Source of the DNA: Candidatus Kerfeldbacteria bacterium
GTDB taxonomy: Bacteria > Patescibacteriota > Patescibacteriia > SBBC01 > CAIJZX01
Length of the DNA stretch: 64,000 nt
Direction: 5' to 3'
Assembly (NCBI GenBank): GCA_963731735.1
Contig: CAVSWO010000002.1
Location: 470,001-534,000, forward strand
A program made the translations under genes and the position numbers. A model generated the notes under the pieces. The model was not told the origin of the DNA, made no database searches, and saw nothing but the letters and a program-made list of their open reading frames with translations. This document shows, in pieces, positions 60,729 to 64,000 of the stretch. Each line of letters begins with the position of its first letter. The first letter of the stretch is position 1.

Positions 60729-61256
60729 CTACCGGACAAATGAAATAAATATCCCGATCAACACCAGCTGCATCATGATGCCGACACTGAGCGGAATATC
60801 GCGGCGAATAATTTCATGATGGAGGAGATTGTGAAACCAATTCTGGGTCCGGACCACATACCGCAACCCGGTTGGCTTGGTAATGGCGTACAACCACCGG
60901 ACGAGGAATAACCAGGAAAAGCGCTCATGAATGACCGGAAAAAGGTAACTCAAAAAATCGGGCAGCACCGCGCCCAAGATCGCGATCACCAGCAGGTTGG
61001 TGGTACCGGCCGGATGTTGTCCGATTGCCCAAAGCGTTAACCCCAGCAACCCCAGTACATCCAGGGTATTAATCAAAACCACCCGGCGGTAGCGCTTCTG
61101 CACCTTCCATTCCTCATCGTGATATAAATGCTCATCGCCGTGTGGGATGAAATCGAGCACAAAGTGCGAGGCGAAAGCTAAGCCAAAGACCGCCAGCGGG
61201 TCATTCGTAACCCGGCTGAGCGCGATTCCGGCGGCGGCATGGGTGGTCAGAAACAT
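60729..61256 (-). CDS. YdjM/DUF457-like membrane-bound metal-dependent hydrolase (paralog)
   Basis: SHFVLDFIPHGDEH motif plus ILGAVLPD. The internal start MFLTTHAAAGIAL at 61256 was chosen because the ORF-track start at 61370 would overlap tRNA-fMet. Confidence 0.5.
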   Translation of the reverse strand: MFLTTHAAAGIALSRVTNDPLAVFGLAFASHFVLDFIPHGDEHLYHDEEWKVQKRYRRVVLINTLDVLGLLGLTLWAIGQHPAGTTNLLVIAILGAVLPDFLSYLFPVIHERFSWLFLVRWLYAITKPTGLRYVVRTQNWFHNLLHHEIIRRDIPLSVGIMMQLVLIGIFISFVR

Positions 61257-61335
61257 GGCCTCAAGTATATCACGGACTTGACGGGAAGGGCTTTTTTCGA
61301 TATCCTTGAGCCTGCTCAAGGGAGCTTTTTCACAT

Positions 61336-61410
61336 CGCGGAGAAGTGTAACGGCTGCACGGCGGGCTCATAATCCGCAGGCAGGGGGTTCGACTCCCCCC
61401 TCCGCAACCA
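61336..61410 (+). tRNA. initiator tRNA-fMet (anticodon CAT)
   Basis: CGCGGAGAAGTGTAACGGCTGCACGGCGGGCTCATAATCCGCAGGCAGGGGGTTCGACTCCCCCCTCCGCAACCA. It shows the C1xA72 mismatch and a G-rich anticodon stem. It closely parallels E. coli tRNA-fMet (CGCGGGG...GGGCTCATAACCCGAAGG...CGCAACCA). Confidence 0.7.
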
Positions 61411-61436
61411 AATAAATTATTACGACCGTAGACTGC

Positions 61437-61513
61437 GCCAGGGTAGCTCAGTTGGTTAGAGCGCGGGACTCATAAGCCCGAGGTCGGCGGTTCGATCCCG
61501 CCCCCTGGTACCA
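61437..61513 (+). tRNA. elongator tRNA-Met (anticodon CAT; alternatively a tRNA-Ile2 lysidine substrate)
   Basis: GCCAGGGTAGCTCAGTTGGTTAGAGCGCGGGACTCATAAGCCCGAGGTCGGCGGTTCGATCCCGCCCCCTGGTACCA. The D and T arms match elongator Met/Ile2 tRNAs. G1-U72 and A31-G39 are unusual. Confidence 0.6.
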
Positions 61514-61547
61514 AAGCCAATCGAATAATCGATACCCCGTCCGCCGC

Positions 61548-62570
61548 TCAGGGTTTTTTAAGGTGAACCGTTCGAATTGGGAAAGGAATTTCAATGCCGG
61601 TTTGGCCGTATTTTTCGTGCAACCGCTTGATAAATTCGTGCTTGATCAAGTATTGGTCGACGAAGGTTTTGGCGCGCAAAATGACCGTGAATTTGATACT
61701 CGAATCAGAAAATTCGTTGTAGCGGATGAAGGGTTCGAAATCCGGAACACCGCCGTCGACGGTTTGCATGACCTCAGTCGCGACCTGTTTGGTGACGTCT
61801 TCAACTTGTTGTAAATCGCTGGCGTAACTTACCCCGACATTGATCAGCACCGCCAAATCGTTATTCGGTAAGTCAAAGTTGGTAACGATAGTCGAAGAAA
61901 TATTACTATTCGGCACAATGATTAGGTTGCCCTGCAACATCCGAATCGTGGTATAGCGCCAAGTCACATCTTCGACATATCCGGCCTCGCCGGATTCCAA
62001 CTGAATATAGTCGCCGGGTTTAATTTTTTTGGCGGCCAGTACCTGTAAACCGGCGAACAGATTTGCCAGGGTGTCCTGGAGCGCCAGGGCGACCGCCAGT
62101 CCGCCGATTCCCAAGGCGGTGATTAATGGCGTAATCGCGATCCCGAGAGATTGCAAAATAAAGAGCAAGCCCATCACGTAGATCGCCAGCCGGGTGATGT
62201 TCGGGAAGATGGAGGTGGATGGCAGGACCCCCATTTTTTGCGTCGACAGATTGACGAAGCCGACCGAGATTTTGATGGCCACCCGCACCAAGACCAAAAT
62301 CACCAAGACGTAAATAATTTTCTTAGCCACTTCCAGCGGCGTGCCGGTCAGCTCATTTAGCACGGTCCCAAAGGCTCCCGCCAGGGTCAGTAAATAGACA
62401 ATGCTGCTGCGAAGTCCGTCGATAATAATTTCATCACCCTCCCAGGTCGTGCGCTTCGCCCATCGTCGAAGCCAACCCAAAAAACTGTATTCGGCGACTA
62501 GCCCCAAACCGAGGCCGCCAACCAGCCAGACAATCGAAAGGGTGTGATGAAGAAAGGGGATTTCAATCAT
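61548..62570 (-). CDS. mscS: small-conductance mechanosensitive channel (MscS family)
   Basis: 3 N-terminal TM helices. The pore helix GIGGLAVALALQDTLANLFAG is followed by the beta-domain ...GNLIIVPNS... 340 aa. Confidence 0.85.
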   Translation of the reverse strand: MIEIPFLHHTLSIVWLVGGLGLGLVAEYSFLGWLRRWAKRTTWEGDEIIIDGLRSSIVYLLTLAGAFGTVLNELTGTPLEVAKKIIYVLVILVLVRVAIKISVGFVNLSTQKMGVLPSTSIFPNITRLAIYVMGLLFILQSLGIAITPLITALGIGGLAVALALQDTLANLFAGLQVLAAKKIKPGDYIQLESGEAGYVEDVTWRYTTIRMLQGNLIIVPNSNISSTIVTNFDLPNNDLAVLINVGVSYASDLQQVEDVTKQVATEVMQTVDGGVPDFEPFIRYNEFSDSSIKFTVILRAKTFVDQYLIKHEFIKRLHEKYGQTGIEIPFPIRTVHLKKP

Positions 62571-62637
62571 AGGGAGAAAGGAAAAATCAGGTCGATCGCT
62601 CGATGCGTTGTTACCGGTAGTATACCGATTTGAGCGC

Positions 62638-63000
62638 TCAGGTCAACCCGCCCAGGTCCGAGTCGGCATCATCCAGCCAGGCGAAGCGGTCACGGTACTG
62701 ACTGGCCGTCCGCAAAATTTCAGGAAAAAGCTCGCGAATATCATCGGGGTCTACTTCCTGCCAAACTTCCCAGGCATGATAGCCGGGGAGATGTTCTCCC
62801 TCCGGAGACGTCCCGACTTGATGGAATGGCTGCAACTGGCGTTCCTGTAAAACAAATTTTATGGCCTCATTCATGGCCGCACACACGGACAGCTGTTCAG
62901 CCGAAAAAGCCACCATCACGTTCTGGTCGTCTTGCGGAAGGACTAATGTTAACTCAGGGAGTTCTTTGGTTTCGGGTTCGGGACGTGGTTCGCGTTCCAT
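62638..63000 (-). CDS. hypothetical acidic protein (120 aa from the internal Met)
   Basis: The ORF-track N-terminus (MAELADAQDSKSCGSNPMRVRFSP) is antisense translation of tRNA-Leu(CAA). A real gene, if any, starts at MEREPRPEPETKEL (ATG 63000). No domain recognised. Confidence 0.3.
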   Translation of the reverse strand: MEREPRPEPETKELPELTLVLPQDDQNVMVAFSAEQLSVCAAMNEAIKFVLQERQLQPFHQVGTSPEGEHLPGYHAWEVWQEVDPDDIRELFPEILRTASQYRDRFAWLDDADSDLGGLT

Positions 63001-63018
63001 TGTTTGTATCAGGTTGCT

Positions 63019-63105
63019 TGGTGCCGCGGGAGAGAATCGAACTCTCATGGGATTGCTCCCGCAGGATTTTGAGTCCTGTGCGTCTGCCAATTCCGCCACC
63101 GCGGC
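63019..63105 (-). tRNA. tRNA-Leu (anticodon CAA)
   Basis: GCCGCGGTGGCGGAATTGGCAGACGCACAGGACTCAAAATCCTGCGGGAGCAATCCCATGAGAGTTCGATTCTCTCCCGCGGCACCA. Class II with a long variable arm and anticodon loop CTCAAAA. CCA is encoded. Confidence 0.8.
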
Positions 63106-63203
63106 ACGAGGGGCACTGTACGTAATCCAGCCGAAAACGTCAATGCTTGAGTTGCGTCAACGCGATAAAACTAGTATAATCATCGAGTCAAACATACACA
63201 TCC

Positions 63204-63977
63204 ATGCCGAGAGTCATTGCGGTCGTGAACCAAAAAGGCGGAGTCGGAAAGACGACGACGGCCATTAACCTAGGAGCCTACCTGGCCAAAGCCGGACACC
63301 GGGTGCTTTTAGTAGACTTGGATCCGCAAGCCAATGCGACCAGCGGTTTAGGCATTGATCACCAATCGCTGCCGCACGGCGTGTACGAAACGTTGGTTTC
63401 CCCGCTGACCATGAAAGAGGTGATCGTCCCATCTTCGATTGACCGTTACCATGTGGTGCCGGCGACTTTGGCGCTGGCGGGGGCGAACGTTGAACTCGTC
63501 CCGCTCGACCGGCGGGAATACTTGCTGCGTGACAAACTGCAGTCCGTGATCAATGACTATGAGTATGTCCTGATCGATTCGCCGCCCAGCCTAGGAGTCC
63601 TGACCATCAACGGCCTGACCGCGGCCGATGAGGTCTTAATTCCGGTCCAGGCTGAATATTACTCACTGGAAGGTTTGGGACAACTGATGGAGACCATTGA
63701 GTTAGTCCGGGAAAACCTGCATGATCGGCTCAAGATTTTAGGCGTGGTGCTGACCATGTACGATCCGCAATTCCGGCTTTCAGACGCGGTCTTGGAGGAG
63801 CTGTATAAGTATTTTCCGCACGAACAAATTTTCCGTTCAGTCATTCCGCGGAATGTCCGGCTCGCCGAAGCGCCCTCGTTCGGCCAGTCCATATTACATT
63901 ACGATAAACGTTCACCCGGCGCCAAAGCCTATCGCAAGTTGGCGGACGAAATTCATGTTCAACCCCATGCCGAATAA
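63204..63977 (+). CDS. parA: chromosome-partitioning ATPase ParA/Soj
   Basis: IAVVNQKGGVGKTTTAINLGAYLA deviant Walker A, then DLDPQANAT and DSPPSLG motifs. 257 aa. Confidence 0.9.
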   Translation: MPRVIAVVNQKGGVGKTTTAINLGAYLAKAGHRVLLVDLDPQANATSGLGIDHQSLPHGVYETLVSPLTMKEVIVPSSIDRYHVVPATLALAGANVELVPLDRREYLLRDKLQSVINDYEYVLIDSPPSLGVLTINGLTAADEVLIPVQAEYYSLEGLGQLMETIELVRENLHDRLKILGVVLTMYDPQFRLSDAVLEELYKYFPHEQIFRSVIPRNVRLAEAPSFGQSILHYDKRSPGAKAYRKLADEIHVQPHAE

Positions 63978-64000
63978 TCCGCTTGGTCGGGGCCTTGGTT

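Noticed and set aside
60729-61370. Full 213-aa ORF-track extent of the second YdjM-like gene
   Set aside because: The 5' extension overlaps tRNA-fMet on the opposite strand. The conserved domain starts at the internal Met (61256).
62638-63099. 153-aa ORF beginning MAELADAQDSKSCGSNPMRVRFSP
   Set aside because: The N-terminal 33 codons are the antisense reading of tRNA-Leu(CAA). Only the downstream portion from ATG 63000 is retained, at low confidence.

Overview
This 64-kb window is a gene-dense chromosomal segment of a bacterium with roughly 55-58% GC. Shine-Dalgarno sites are visible before several genes (groES, the MYG1-like gene, the MutT-like Nudix gene). The mix of sufU, CIRCE, a BlaI/BlaR1 pair, YvpB-like, YvlD-like and GrpB genes suggests a Gram-positive-type or reduced-genome lineage, but that is inference only. 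Core content in coordinate order:
- rpsF-ssb (ssb runs off the window start), a Trm11/RlmL-like RNA methyltransferase, and ychF.
- An lgt-glyA-folD-yvlD-like minus-strand operon.
- A phosphohexomutase, a fused GT2/CE4 enzyme, trpS, RNase J with a long leader, tRNA-Leu(CAG), an orphan family-5 solute-binding protein, and secG.
- uvrC, a MYG1-like protein and uvrA, then csrA.
- CIRCE-controlled groES-groEL, where groEL carries a 1-nt frameshift.
- ppsA, an FMN reductase, tRNA-Ser, Nudix-dnaG-rpoD.
- A frameshift-riddled beta-helix / Cys-repeat surface-protein pseudogene beside an NHL-repeat protein.
- tRNA-Asn, then a cluster of secreted envelope hydrolases (a GH63/GH37-like glycosidase, a phosphodiester glycosidase, two YvpB/C39-like peptidases), interspersed with Nudix, DUF1684, ZIP and pepA genes.
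- A fur-Nudix-sufC-sufB-[Nudix]-sufD(short)-sufS-[grpB]-sufU operon with two low-GC insertions.
- sodA, a CAP-domain surface protein, a blaI/blaR1(M56)/membrane-protein module with a TACA/TGTA operator, and two tandem YdjM-like membrane hydrolases.
- Initiator and elongator tRNA-Met, mscS, tRNA-Leu(CAA) and parA.
No CRISPR array, integrase or transposase was seen.

The most notable observations are listed here:
1. An unrecognised, tandemly duplicated repeat module of about 50 aa (ILLQVERNGEAWYVYP...GLGI...DLAKIP) heads two different secreted hydrolases.
2. A GT2 glycosyltransferase is fused to a CE4 deacetylase, an ArnC/ArnD- or NodC/NodB-like pairing.
3. The surface-protein gene is decayed and carries internal 128-134-bp tandem repeats.
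4. Foreign low-GC Nudix and GrpB genes are inserted into the suf operon, and sufD is truncated.

All small-feature coordinates were counted by hand and may be off by 1-2 nt.
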